Assembly: GCA_013239625.1 (NCBI GenBank)
Contig: MU053934.1
Location: forward strand, 2,238,658-2,302,657
Reading direction: 5' to 3'
DNA from: Lama guanicoe
Lineage: Eukaryota
Length of the DNA stretch: 64,000 nt
The translations under genes and the position numbers were made by a program. Of this stretch, positions 1 to 11,663 are shown in pieces (positions within the stretch are counted from its first letter, which is position 1; the number at the start of each line of letters is the position of its first letter). The notes beneath the pieces are model-generated. The model saw nothing but the letters and a program-made list of their open reading frames with translations. It was not told the DNA's origin and made no database searches.

Positions 1-1688
1 GAGCCTGCCAGGGGTCATTTGAACTCTATAGTCTCCTGAGAACCCCTTTTTGCAATTCTTAATCATGCAGCGTAGGGTGGTAAGTTTCGGCTACGAGCCT
101 CCCATTCTGTCAGGATGTTTAAGGATAATAGATCTGTTGCTTTGGGTGTTTCAGAAGGTAGCCTTTATATCTTTTCCTTCTTCACTCCTCAAAACAGCAG
201 AGTTCCCAGAGAGACCGCTCTCTTGCTGGCTCTGAGTCATTTGAAGGCTAATTTGTTCAGGGAGTCTGGGTTCCAGTCACAGCTGATGTTCTGGAGCCCA
301 AGGCCTCAAGCCGTTGCAGGGTCTTCCTCACTTAATCCTCTCTATGTCCTGAACTAACATACGGAGGGTGTGGGACTGACGCCCGAAGGCAAAGCTAATG
401 GGCTAGAAAGGGGACTTCCAAGGCCAGGTGAGCCCAGTCCTGAAGAAATGTGTCTTCTAAACTCAAGTCCTGGGGGTCTGAGGCTGGGCAAAAGGGGCGC
501 TGCTTGAGTCGGTTCAGTAGGGGAACAATAAGTCTCCGGTGTTCTGTGACAGGGCCAGGTAGGAGACTTTCTCAAAGAAATAGCATCCTAGCCTCCAAGG
601 GCACAGGGGGCGTTGACTCATTGGCTGTTTTATGTCCCTTTCCCTCCCAGTATAGCCACCCTGTGCCGGTGTCGCAGACAAGACAAGGGAGGGTTTTCGC
701 TGCATCTGCCTGGCCGCTCCCCTCGCAGGGACGAAGGTGCCTCTGAGCTTTGGCGGGTCAGTGTGAGGCGCTGACTCTGATCAGGACCGTGAGTGACCGA
801 TACCGCCCTGAGCCGTATGAGGTCACCACGGAACCGCAGGTTGGGACTCACTCCAACTCCGTAGCAGAATCCTGTGGAGCTTCAAACTCGAGCCTGATCG
901 CGTGCTTCACAGGCCGCTCATTCACTCACACACACACAGAGGTCAACAACAGTCCTCCCGCCAATCCCAGTATCCTGCTTCCTGTGGGAGGGGATCCGCC
1001 TCCTCCTCTGTCCACTGGGACAGGACCTGATTCCTCCCGGGGAATCCTACCTTGTCCGGACGGCCACCTGGTGAGTCTGTCTGTCCCTCCAAGGTCGTAG
1101 CCCAGCCACCCAGGGGACCGAGCTGCTGTCATGAAAGTGAACCCGGAATGCCATCGGGTGGCGCCACCTCATTTGGTGCTGGAGTCCCATCCCCCAGTCA
1201 GCCAAAACCACCAGTCCAGCGGCTCAAGGGTCCAGTATGATTGAATCTCACTGGGCCCTCCAGAAATATTACAGAAATGACAGACCAGCCAAGAAACAAG
1301 CACCGCTCAGAGGGTTGGAGCACTCAGATTTATTACGCCGGCGGACTTAGAGGGGCTTCTGCTCTGAAGCTCTGAGCACCTCCAAGACATGCGCATGAGG
1401 TTTTATAAGGTTAATTACAAGCTTGGGGCATTTGGCCAATAGGCATGGAACAGCTTTAGTAGCATCAATTTCATAAAAGCAGAGGCAGGAAGACAGCAAA
1501 CCAACATTTCAAGGCCACATATGTCCCTCTGGAAATCCAGCTGGCTAGCAAAAAACATGAGCAGGGAATCAGCAAACCGATCCTTATTAACTTAAATTTG
1601 CGACTTAGCCCAGGAGAACTCAGATCAGCAATCCAACACTTGTTACACTTAGATTTACAACTAGGCATAGTCCGGCTTTTCCTTCTCA
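1..1688 (-). mobile_element. 5' part of a class I (gamma-like) ERV: 5' LTR 1267-1688, tRNA-Thr PBS, leader, start of gag (continues off the left edge)
   Basis: Minus-strand ATG at 105 reads MGGS*PKLTTLRCMIKNCKKGFSGDYRVQMTPGRL, a matrix N-terminus with a stop at codon 5. PBS TGGAGGGCCCAGTGAGAT at 1262-1245. The LTR matches the solo LTR at 49018-49445. Confidence 0.85.
1245..1262 (-). promoter_or_regulatory. Retroviral primer binding site (tRNA-Thr type)
   Basis: Begins TGG, 4 nt inside the LTR edge; near-complement of the tRNA-Thr(TGT) 3' end (...TCTCGCTGGGGCCTCCA). Confidence 0.75.
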
Positions 1689-1952
1689 TAATCAAGAAAT
1701 CACTGCCGAATTCAGATAAACCCTCTGGAAGGCAAAGGTGAATTGATGCTTGAATAGGAGGGCAGGAGACCCTCCAACCAGGGAAGACTCTCTTCCGGCG
1801 GGGACATCACACCCCGGGAGGGGTGGTAGAGGAGACAATGCCACCTCTCCCACAATCCAACAGTCCCAACTCTTTGATTTTCTCCCATTTGCAACTCTTT
1901 TGCTTTTGCAGCCTTCTCCTTGCTTGTTCCTCCAGCCTCTCTCTTTCTTTAG

Positions 1953-2612
1953 TGCTGCGTCCAGCACACCTTGGGACCGTGTCTGAGAAATGGCTATGCA
2001 AGACTTAAGAATCAAAGAGAGAAAATAAAGAAGCAAAGATGGGACCGGAGGACTCAAGATCTCATGGATAGAGATTGCCGAAAGCCTGCTCAACATCATA
2101 TTTATTAGGACTATACAGCTTGGAAAAAAACGCGATCAGAGTGCTGGGGCTTTAGATATCCCATGGGATAAGCGCTCAGTTCTGCTTGCTGGTTAACTGA
2201 TTAATTTCAGGCCTCTCCCCTCGAGGAACAATCACCCTCCTGGGGTATGCAACATTTCTCCATCTATCCTGTTATTGCCTGCACGGCATCTCAAGTCAGC
2301 AAATATTTCCCCTGGGTCAAACCACACACTTTCAGGCCACAACAGAGTTCTGTTAATGGATGATCTGGCTTTCCAGGATCATCCATGGTTTCATCCTAAG
2401 GAAACACCTGCCCTCTTTGGTGCCCTTATGGTCAATCTCACGATTGCTCCCCCCAAAATGTCTTTAGCATAATACATACTATATGTCATCTGTCGCATAA
2501 AACATTAAAACAAAGCAAGCATGTGCATTGTAAGCAAACAAGTGTGAATATAATATTTTAAACTCATCGAAATTTAGGTGTGGCCTGTTTTCCAGCAGGT
2601 TGTTTCCCAGCC
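1953..2612 (-). mobile_element. Solo LTR (660 bp, probably ERV2/beta-like) downstream of the APOL-A stop codon
   Basis: Absent from the paralogous site near 29640. Flanked by a 6-bp TSD CTTTAG (1947-1952) / CTTCAG (2613-2618). Minus-strand AATAAA at 2106-2101. Confidence 0.75.
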
Positions 2613-2904
2613 CTTCAGGCCCCCGGTGTCTTCTTTGTCCACAAGACATGGTTTCTCCCTTTCCCTCCCTCTCTCGTCCCCCCTCCACCCTTATTCCAGG
2701 CTCGAGGCTCCGTCCTTGTCTTTCCCCATCTGCCACCTATATGAATCCCTGCCCGGCTGCGCTCAGACCCAGCGATGCCAAATTCCTTCACACCCAGGTC
2801 CAAAGGTTTTAGTTGGCTCTCTTTTTCCCTATAAAAAAGCAACCTCTGCATCTTAGCACCACATGTGTCCCTGCTGTTGGAGGAGGTGGGGGTGGAGTTG
2901 GGCT

Positions 2905-3763
2905 CTAACTCAGACTCTCGTAAGTCCTGGTGAGCACATCCAGACTCCTCTCCAGCTCCCTGGCCCGCTGCCTTAGACTTTTACCTACCTCTGTCTTTGT
3001 CCCCTCATGCAAGTGCTCTGACTCTTTCACCATGAGGATCAAATCCACCAGGAGGAAGGCACCTTCAGTGACCCCACCAGCAACCCGGGCTCCTTTGCTC
3101 ATTGCCAGAGCTGTACCTTTAAGAATTTGGTGCACCTGCCTGCTGCTTTGTAAAGACTTTTGCCCAGTGTTCAGAAAGGCACTGAGATCATCCAGGAAGC
3201 CAGGGTTGGCTCTGATCAGCTCGATGACATGGATAATCATTTCAATGCGTTGGATGGCTTCTCTGAGTTTCTCTTCTGTGGAAAAAATTTGGGGCCTGCT
3301 CTCCTGTAGGACTTCCTTGACCACTTTCCATTTCTTGATGGCAGATGCCCTCAGGCAACTGGCTTCGGTTTCTGCTGATGACCTGCTGACGTGATCCACA
3401 CTAGTGGTCACACGGGTCACAGCAGCTGCAACCCCCACCCCTAACCCAGTTGCCAAGAGTGCCAGACTGACCTCTGCTGTCACAGGTGCCAGAGCCAGGC
3501 CAATAATGGTCAGAAGGCCAGACACAGCACCAGCAGAGATGGCTGCCACCTTGGAGATGGTGCAGCCCCTGTGAACCTTGTCCACCATGTCTGCAAGTGC
3601 ACGGAGCTTTCCTATTCTATCCTCATACTTCCGTTTCACCCGAGGAAACCTCTTCAAAAACCTCTCCTTATCCAGCGGGTCTATTTCGAGCGTGTCTTGA
3701 TCTTTCAGGAGCAATTCTGCATTCAGCTCATTCAGGTATTCATGCAGTACATCTGCCTCTTCC
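2905..3763 (-). CDS. APOL3: APOL-A terminal coding exon
   Basis: Acceptor ttttacag|G at 3763, in frame with ORF 2905..3714; TAG at 2907-2905. Confidence 0.93.
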
Positions 3764-6700
3764 CTGTAAAAGTGAAGGTCAAGGGATTAAGAAGGCAGTT
3801 TGGGTAATCTCTGTAAAATAGGCTCAAAAAGATTCATCCTGCATAAATCACAGAGATTTTACTATAAACCAAAGAGAAAAGATTTTCACAAATATAAATT
3901 TTTCTGTTGACAATAAACACGTTTTGTACATTGTAGAGGCTCCATTAACTTGTTGAAACAGTGAAGAAAAAAGCACATGTCATCTTAGGATACTCTTAGT
4001 GGAAGATATTTGGTAAGACACCATGTGACTCAGAGGCGGGTCAACACCGTCACCTCCAAGGTGCCTGTAGAGCGGGAGCTTCTCAGGTAAACACACAGAG
4101 GTGGGACTTGAGCAAAGAAGCCCTCATTCAGAGATGCTTAGGGTGCAGTAGGGAATCAACCTGCTTTTGCCCTTGGCTAAGGACGTGATTCCTACGCCCC
4201 TAGAATGTTCTGGTTGATAGGAATGTCCTGTTTGCCTGTGTTTCTGGCCACTGGACAGTCTGACAGGGTGATGGGTGATGGGCCTCTGGGTCATGTGTTG
4301 TCAGTCCTGACCTCTGCTCTGGAGCAACTGGACACAAGGGCACTGGTCAGACCTCTAGAAGCGGCTGGAGACACAAGTCAGCTATGCAGGCAGCATGTGA
4401 TTGAGCCCCAGGAGGACCCTGTGCCCTGAGGCTCAGGGTGCCTCAGGCTCTCTCCTTGACCAAAATTTGGTCAGGCCCTTCTGAGTCCTCTTCTCAACCA
4501 GACCTCCACCTTCCCCTTCCCTGTCCTGTCCCCGATGGCCCCCATCACTCAGTCTTAGAAAGAACTCTGCTAAATCCATGTAGTGAGACTCCCCCATTCT
4601 GAGCTCTGATTGCCTTTGATAACTGACCAAGTTCCTCATCTCCCACCTTTGATGCATCCGTCCTTGGCCTGCCTTTAGCGAGAATCCTGTTAGGAAAGAT
4701 AAACAGGAATCCCCTCTCCTTGGTGTCTCCTCTCAGTAATTTTCCCTCCACCACCCCTCACTCTGCTCCTTGGCTATAAATCCCCAGTGTCTGTGCTGTA
4801 TTTGGGCTTGAGCCCAGTCTGTCTCCTCTACAGCAATGGGCTCCACACCTGTCACCACTGTCCTGAGTGTACCCTGCTTTATCACGTTAAGGACTGTCAG
4901 GAGCATTTTGTTAAACACAGTGGGCACCCCTGGATGGCACTGACCCATGTGCCCTGAACTCAGGACAGTAATGCGTCCTGAGGACAAGAGAAGCTTCATG
5001 TTTGAAACCCTCCCAGACTCTGCCCTGTGGCTTCTGGGAACCTGCATCCTTCCCTGTAGTGAACCGGACCTGGGAGTGTGCCAGCGGTCAGGGAGTTCTG
5101 TGCATCCTTCTTGGGAATTCTCCAGCTGAGAGTGGTTTGGGGCATCCTTCAAGTTTGCCATCACTGTCAAGTGTAAGGACGTTCTGGGGACTGTGCACTC
5201 AGACTTTGCAGTTTCACTTACACTGAGAACTTAGAATTTGTTTTAAGATGCAAAACTCACAGCTAGAAAGGACCCTAGCGTTCACTGCCCCTGACCTATG
5301 CTCCCTTCCACCTCATGCCCTTGGCCTACCCAGTTGAAGGTCACTGGGTCCATCCACATCCCCAACTGATTGGGAAGCAGGAGAGAGGCTATTAACCCTG
5401 GGTCCCCTTGGACTCTGGAGCCCACCTCACTGACTCCCGACCCAACACCCTGTACCCTTGAGCTCGCAGGTTTCACCACCTTAACTCACAACCTAGCTGG
5501 TAACATGTTCACATACCTGCACACCAAGTTCATGTGCAGCTATTTGGACTCTCTAAAAGATTCAAAGACGTTAAGTAACATCGTTGTGAATTGCTAAGCC
5601 TGAAAGGCCTGCATTTGACAAGTTGGTGGAGGAAGTATTTTCCTGTTGTGTGGGACAGGAGGGTCGCCTCAGAATTCCACAAATTACACAAAGTTGGCAG
5701 CTACTCATTTTGACAGTGGAATCGTCACTAAAGCACACTGGATTCAGGCGGATCAGGCTACTCTATTTAGAGTAGAAAAGCGTCCCACATGGCAGTGGAG
5801 ACCCCTGGCCCCCAGCAGGGTGTGGAGGACACAGTCACCTTGGGCCCTCTATGCCCAGCACCAGGGGATCAAGTAAGGGCGGGAAGAAGTATCCCCTCTC
5901 CTACTCACAGCACCTCTGCCAGCATCACAGCCCCTTCAGTTTTGTGTCCTTGGGGCCACTCCCCTCACTCTGGTCCTGGCCCCGCTGCCCACACCTTCCT
6001 ACTAGTTCCCCGACCTGGACCCTCTTCTGCACCCGAGCTCTGGCTCTGTCCTATGTCCAGGCCTCCCTGGACCTTCACACAAGATGCCTGCAATTGGTTC
6101 CCCACCAGTGACCCAGTGCTTCACTCTAAGGCCATCACCACAGTCCACCAGGTTAAACTGCTTTTCCCTTTGTACAGATGACAAATCTGAGATTCAGGAC
6201 ATCAGCCTGGAGCATCAGAGCTGTGCCGCTTTAGAGCCAGGACCCAACCCAGCTCCATCTAATTCCCTCCTAGCCCCCCTGCCCTAGGGGCCCCAGGTCC
6301 TGCCTTATCTGATACACAGGCTCCAGCCAGAAACCCCAGGAAGCCAACTGACAGTGTCAGCAATTTTCTAACTCATCCCAAAGGGAGTCCTGCTTGCTCC
6401 TCCTCTCTAGGGACATGACCCTTGGCCCCAGTCTCTTCCCAGCAAGTTATTTCCAAGTTAAAATTGAGCACCTACTACGTGTCAGCCATTACGCTAAGCA
6501 CTTGGCGTGTATTATGTCAGTTTCCTCACAATAAAATTGAATAGATGAAGAAACCAAGGCAGAGAGTAGTTAAGTAACATGCCCAAGGTCAATAACCTGC
6601 CCCTTCCTTGCAGTTTCATCTCTTCTCAATCTAAGGTCCTTCACTGCCAGCAAATGACATGAATGAAAAATTCCTCATGGATTATTGAGAAGGAATATCC

Positions 6701-9502
6701 TCCTCTCCAACCCTAGAATACTGCCTGGAGGAGGTGTGCCTGCCAGGAGGAAACTAGCTGAGAGAGGAGGGTTTACATGACATCCCTGGAGCAAGGTCAC
6801 CTGGACAAGTTGTCCTCAGCCACAATTCTGTTTAGGACTTCAGTCAGCAGGCGAAGCAGTTCCTCTCTGCTCAGTATGTCCCGGAGAGATTCTACAACAG
6901 CCTCAAAGAAGCTCTCAGTGTCTAGATGGGAAGAAAGCAACAAAAGATTAGGAGAAATTGTGGTGGGACATGAATGGTATTGAGTATAAAGTGGTTACAG
7001 TTCATCTTCCTGAGCAGTGCTCCCCTGGGGAACTGTTGATGGGGTCACCAGTGCTATGTGTAGACCTGGGTCCCCCAATTCACATGTGCAAACCCTGACC
7101 CCCTATGTGACTGTATTTAAATGTAGGACTTTTAAGGAGGGAATTATGGTTAAAAGAGGTCATAAGTGTGGGGCCCTAATCTAATATGATGGTGTCCACA
7201 TGGGATGAAGGAGAGATGCCAGTCCCCCATCTCTCTCTCTCTCCACACTGCGGGAAAGCTGTGTGAGAGCAGGACCAGAAGGCAGCACTGAGGAATGAGG
7301 GATCAACAGAAACCAACCCTGCCAGTTCCTTGATCTTGGACTTCCAGCCTCCAGACCTAATTATCTAATCTCTGGCATTTAGATGAGTTTAGGAATTAAA
7401 ATTTTTTAATCCTTTAGGAAGAGAATTAATACAGGGCACATAAGTGATATTAATTATAATTTACAGCAGTGTCTGGGCAGCAGCTATAAAGAAATGCGTT
7501 CATACTCTAACAGGGAAACCAATAAATATACACATTACGTGATACACAGAATGTAATGATTATAAAGAGCCTCAGGTCAGCACAGGGCAAGATTACTGTC
7601 CAAGGGAGTTACCAAAAACATATCTGGTTTTCAGGGATTTGGAGGTTATGAAATTGCTGATGACAGACTTGGGACTAGTACGTGTTTACATGTGGCCTGT
7701 GACAAGTTGGAAAATGTGCTTCGAGTCACATTCCCAGAAAGAGGCATTATTCTTACTTCGCAGAAGAAGAAAGTGAGACTAGACAGGGTAGTGACCGCCC
7801 AAGGCCAGCACGCAGAAAGCTGAGAGGTTGAAAGTCTCAGGGATTTTTATGACATTACTTTGAAGCCTCCTTACGTTTTAAACCCCCCTGTGATGTCTGC
7901 ATTCTCCCCTACAGCGTATCTGTGGGGACTCTTTGCAACCCGTTTGTGGCGGTGAGCACACTGCAGTGGGTGCACAAGTAGAAATATGTTGTACACACGA
8001 AACTTATGTAATCTTATAAATAGATGTAACTTCAATTAAAAAAAAAATCTCAGAATCCAGAGCATTGAGTAAAAGTACCAGGTGACAGACTTTTCTCATG
8101 AGTCACAGACTCAAGGATGAATGAGGAGGGGTTTCCTCAGGTGCATGAGGGGCAGGACCACAGCTCTGAGCCTGTGATCCATCCCTGTCACCTCTCTGTC
8201 CCCCAGGCTGGTCCCAGGGGACACAGCTCCCACTGGCTCCACTCAGCCCAGCTGGCCCGTTTATACACAGGAGACGGTCTTGATTCTGAGGAGAGCTGAT
8301 CCTCAGGGCTCCCGCAGCCCGGCCTCCCTCATGGGCCCCAGAGTCTGCTGGGGGCCCCCTGGCTTCTAATCTGTGCCCCCCCCTTATGTTTATACTTGTC
8401 CACTTTGTTGTCCTGGACAGCACTCTGTCCTGGGACAGAGTGATTTGGTTGTTTAGCAATGCAGTGATGGGGGCAAGGTGGTCCTTAGAAAACAGGAGTC
8501 AAGGAAACACACTGATGATTTCGGTGCGTGGAGAGTTACTCTCTTTCCTGCGTCACTAAGGGTGAAAGGAAACCAGGGCTTCCGTGGGGGGAGCTCCCAG
8601 CACTGAATCTGTGTGTTGATTGATTGGGGTGAGGAGGGTGGGGAAAATACCTGAGCGCCTGGGTGTCTGCAGGGGTATCCGAGGGCAAAGGAATCACTAC
8701 CTGCCTAAGGAAGTCCCTCCTGGTGAAGAGGTGCCCTAAATTAACCTTGGGGGTGGGGGGTGAGAATGCTGGGGTACAGAGAGGCCCTTCCTGGGACACA
8801 CAGGAACAGCAACAACACTCAGGAGGACCTGCTCCGGGGCAGGCACTGGCCCAGCCACAGACCTACGTTATATTTGATCCTCAGAACAACTTGTGGGAAT
8901 ATCCTTCCCATTTTACAGGGGAGGTCAGGGACGGTGCTCCAGGTCACAAAGGTGGTAGGTAGCAAAGGCCAACCTGGGGATCTATTCTGGGTCCGCTCAC
9001 CCTGGCAGGGCAGTGGAGCTGGCAGCCGAGTTGGAGGAAGGAGTTTCAATTGGTAAGAGCCCAGGGTCTGGGAGCAGGAGGATTCTGGAGAAAGGGAGGG
9101 GGCGGAGAAGCCTCCAGGGTTGCCGGTCTACCTCCTCTCTGTGCACCACCCTGGCTTTGGCACACCTGTTGCTACTGTCACCCCCTTCCCAGGGCTTCTC
9201 CTGCCCCACTCCTGAGCTTCTGCTGTGTGGTGGGGGAGGGAGGGAGGGAGGGAGTATCTTGGCCGTGGCCCCTGAGGAAAAGGCCCACAAGGAGCCTGTG
9301 GGGACAAACTCGATGGTGAGAAGGACTCCCCTTGGCCCGTCCTGGGGCCTCGAGGACACTTGTCAACCCCTTCTTGGGTCTTGATTCCTCTGTAGGTTAA
9401 CTCAGCCTGGAGACACCGCCCTCATACTAGGGCACAAGGAGGAAGCAGGTAGAGAAGGGGCAGCTGAGTACCTGGGCAGTGAAGGAGGCCTACTGATGTC
9501 AT
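2905..9502 (-). CDS. APOL3: Apolipoprotein L family protein (APOL2/APOL3-like; 'APOL-A'), join(9502-9472, 6921-6801, 3763-2905), 336 aa; symbol is family-level only
   Basis: Kozak GCCACCATG. GT-AG exons of 31+121+859 nt splice in frame without stops: MTSVGLLHCPDTESFFEAVVESLRDILSREELLRLL...REEADVLHEYL...FLKRFPRVKRK...LADMVDKVHRGCTISKVAA...GLALAPVT...LRQRARELE, all typical APOL motifs. Confidence 0.92.
4439..4917 (+). mobile_element. Old MER31-like solo LTR in an APOL-A intron (paralogous copy 31452-31930)
   Basis: Recognisable motifs ctctctccttgaccaaa, cttggcctgcctttagcgagaatcctgttagg and ctccttggctataaatcccc; TG...CA ends. Confidence 0.6.
6801..6921 (-). CDS. APOL3: APOL-A middle coding exon (121 nt)
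   Basis: cccatctag|AC...TCCAG|gtgacc; encodes (D)TESFFEAVVESLRDILSREELLRLLTEVLNRIVAEDNLS(R). Confidence 0.92.
7052..7360 (+). mobile_element. MLT1-like MaLR LTR remnant (paralogue about 34365-34680)
   Basis: Motifs tgtgactgtatt...gtggggccctaatc...cttggacttccagcctccaga. Confidence 0.55.
9472..9502 (-). CDS. APOL3: APOL-A first coding segment (whole exon 9579-9472)
   Basis: GCCACCATG ACA TCA GTA GGC CTC CTT CAC TGC CCA G|gtactc; acceptor cttctcttccccaag upstream of 9579. Confidence 0.85.
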
Positions 9503-11031
9503 GGTGGCAGCAGCGGGTGTCAGCGTCCTCCCTGCAGCTCACAGGTCTGCATCAGGCTGGAAGGAGGTGTGGCTTCACCCTTGGGGAAGAGAAGACAGAT
9601 TGTGGACCAGAACATGAGTGAGCTCTGGCAACAGGGAGCAGCAAGGGGACAGGTCTCTCTCTATTTCCCCCATGAGGGCCACCAGCGCCACAGTGGACTC
9701 AACCCAACGTCTTTCTCTGTCTTCTGGGCTCTGCTGGTGGCTACTGAGGGAAAGTTCCTCACATCATGCAGCTCCCTCCCAGCCAAGTCAGAGTCCTGTT
9801 GTCCTGTTGGGGCCCAAGGAGAGGTTATTCAGACAATAGACGGCCACTTGCAAAGTTTAAGAAGCAACAAAACTAAACACAGACAGAAAGATAGGAAGAG
9901 AATTCTCTGCAAATTACGTGAGGGTGGGGACAGCTGTGGTAACTACTTAGTAATAGTTAATATTGCTCCAGGGTCTATGACGCGCAGAACTGCGGAAACG
10001 CACCTAAACTTAGCTTAGCCCAAGTTTTCCCTCTGGTGCTGCAGCCTGAGCATGGACCCAAGGCTTTCTGACCCAGATCCCCCAGTTATGATGACTGTGC
10101 TCTACTCCCTTTAATGACCGATAACATTTATTCATGGATATATGCTTATTGTAAATGACTCTTCTCATTCTAAAACTGTCTTTTTTATATACAATTATTT
10201 TATTGAGATACGCATCACATATAACAAATGGCATAAATCTTCAGGGTACACCTGGATTAGATTTTACCTATTGTAATTCTGTAACCAGCAGCCACATCAA
10301 GAAATCAAACATCCCAGCAGCTCCTCAAAATTCTCCTGCTCCTTCTTCCTGGTCAATACTTGGTCACCCGACAGCACCCACCACACTCACCTCTATCACA
10401 CCAGATTAACTTGCCTGTGTTTAAATTTTATACAAATGGGATCACACAATGTATTCTATTTGATGAATGTACCAGATTTTATTGATCTATTCTCTGAATA
10501 GATATTTGAGGTGCTTCAATTTGGGGTCTATTATAAATAAAGCTGCAATGGAAATGCTTGTACAGATCTTTTGTGTGGACTTGTGCACTTTTCTGCTGGA
10601 TATTTCCCCGGAAGTGGACCTGCTAGCTCCCAAGGTACCTACAACACTGGAGCACACACTGGTAGAAAGTTTTCCAAAGCAATTGTATTTACTGCTTTCT
10701 GCATCTCTGAGCTATTCCCACAGTTACACTGGGTGTTAGTTTTCATGTGTCTGTATCCCAGTTCCCCTGGAGCTCCTTGAGCAGAGGTTCGTATGTGATC
10801 AATACATAGATTCGAGTTATATTAGAATAATTATAGTACATATGAGAAATAAATGAAAAACATTCATACAGCATGGCGGGGGAGAGGGGGTTAGGAATCT
10901 TATTTTTACAACTTGCTTTTGTTAAATTGATATATAGTTGATTTACAATGTTAGTTTCAGGAGTACAGCAAAGCGACTCTGTTGTACATACACATACATA
11001 TATGTCCATATTTTCAGATTCTCTTCCATTA

Positions 11032-11663
11032 TGAGACAGGAGAGAATAGGGCAGGGCACAGCCACTCAAGGAATGACAGCAATAAAAATGGTGGAAGTTT
11101 CACTTTGCAGTTGGCCTTGAGGATTAGGACGTTTAACTTCTAGCTGACCTTGATCTTCACTATGTGCTCATTGTAACAGCGTAATCAAATAACATGCCCG
11201 CAGGTGCCATGACAGCCCCAAGGCTAACTGCAAAAGGCCAAAGAATGGGCGGTGGCCCAGCCCATGGGAATCCCAGCCCCTTCCCCAGGGCAGTTGGATT
11301 GATCCCACCTGTAGGCATGGGAAGCTCCTGAGACCATAAAAAGTGACAACACCACTCCTAGTGGCCCTTTGCGCGCTCTCTGCCCTTTGCCAACGGCCTG
11401 CACTCTGTCTGTGGAGTGTGTGCCTACTTTTACTTTAACCTGAGCACCCGATTCCCACACCTCTTTCCTTGCCTTTCTCTTGCCTTACACTCCATGCAGT
11501 ACATAGCTCTCTAAACAACTCTACGTTTACTCAGAGGTGGCTCACAATTGAATTCTTTCCTGCGCGAAGCCAAGGACGCACACTTGGTGTGACATGTCCC
11601 AGGGGCTCAATGGTGACCTGGGACTCGGCCCTCCTCACGTCCCACACCTGATTTTCTGCATCA
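11032..11663 (+). mobile_element. ERV1-type solo LTR in APOL-A intron 1, inserted in an L1 3' fragment
   Basis: TG...CA ends with 4-bp TSD ATTA (11028-11031 / 11664-11667); same family as 38909-39568. Confidence 0.85.

Larger units (their letters stand above)
1689..10170. repeat. Segmental duplication unit (APOL-A gene body), direct paralogue of about 29383-37470
   Basis: Colinear similarity of exons, introns and shared old repeats at an offset of about 27.0-27.7 kb. Confidence 0.9.

Noticed and set aside
2930..3394. 154-aa plus-strand ORF (and its paralogue 30128..30592)
   Set aside because: Antisense shadow of the APOL terminal exon, with no independent coding evidence.
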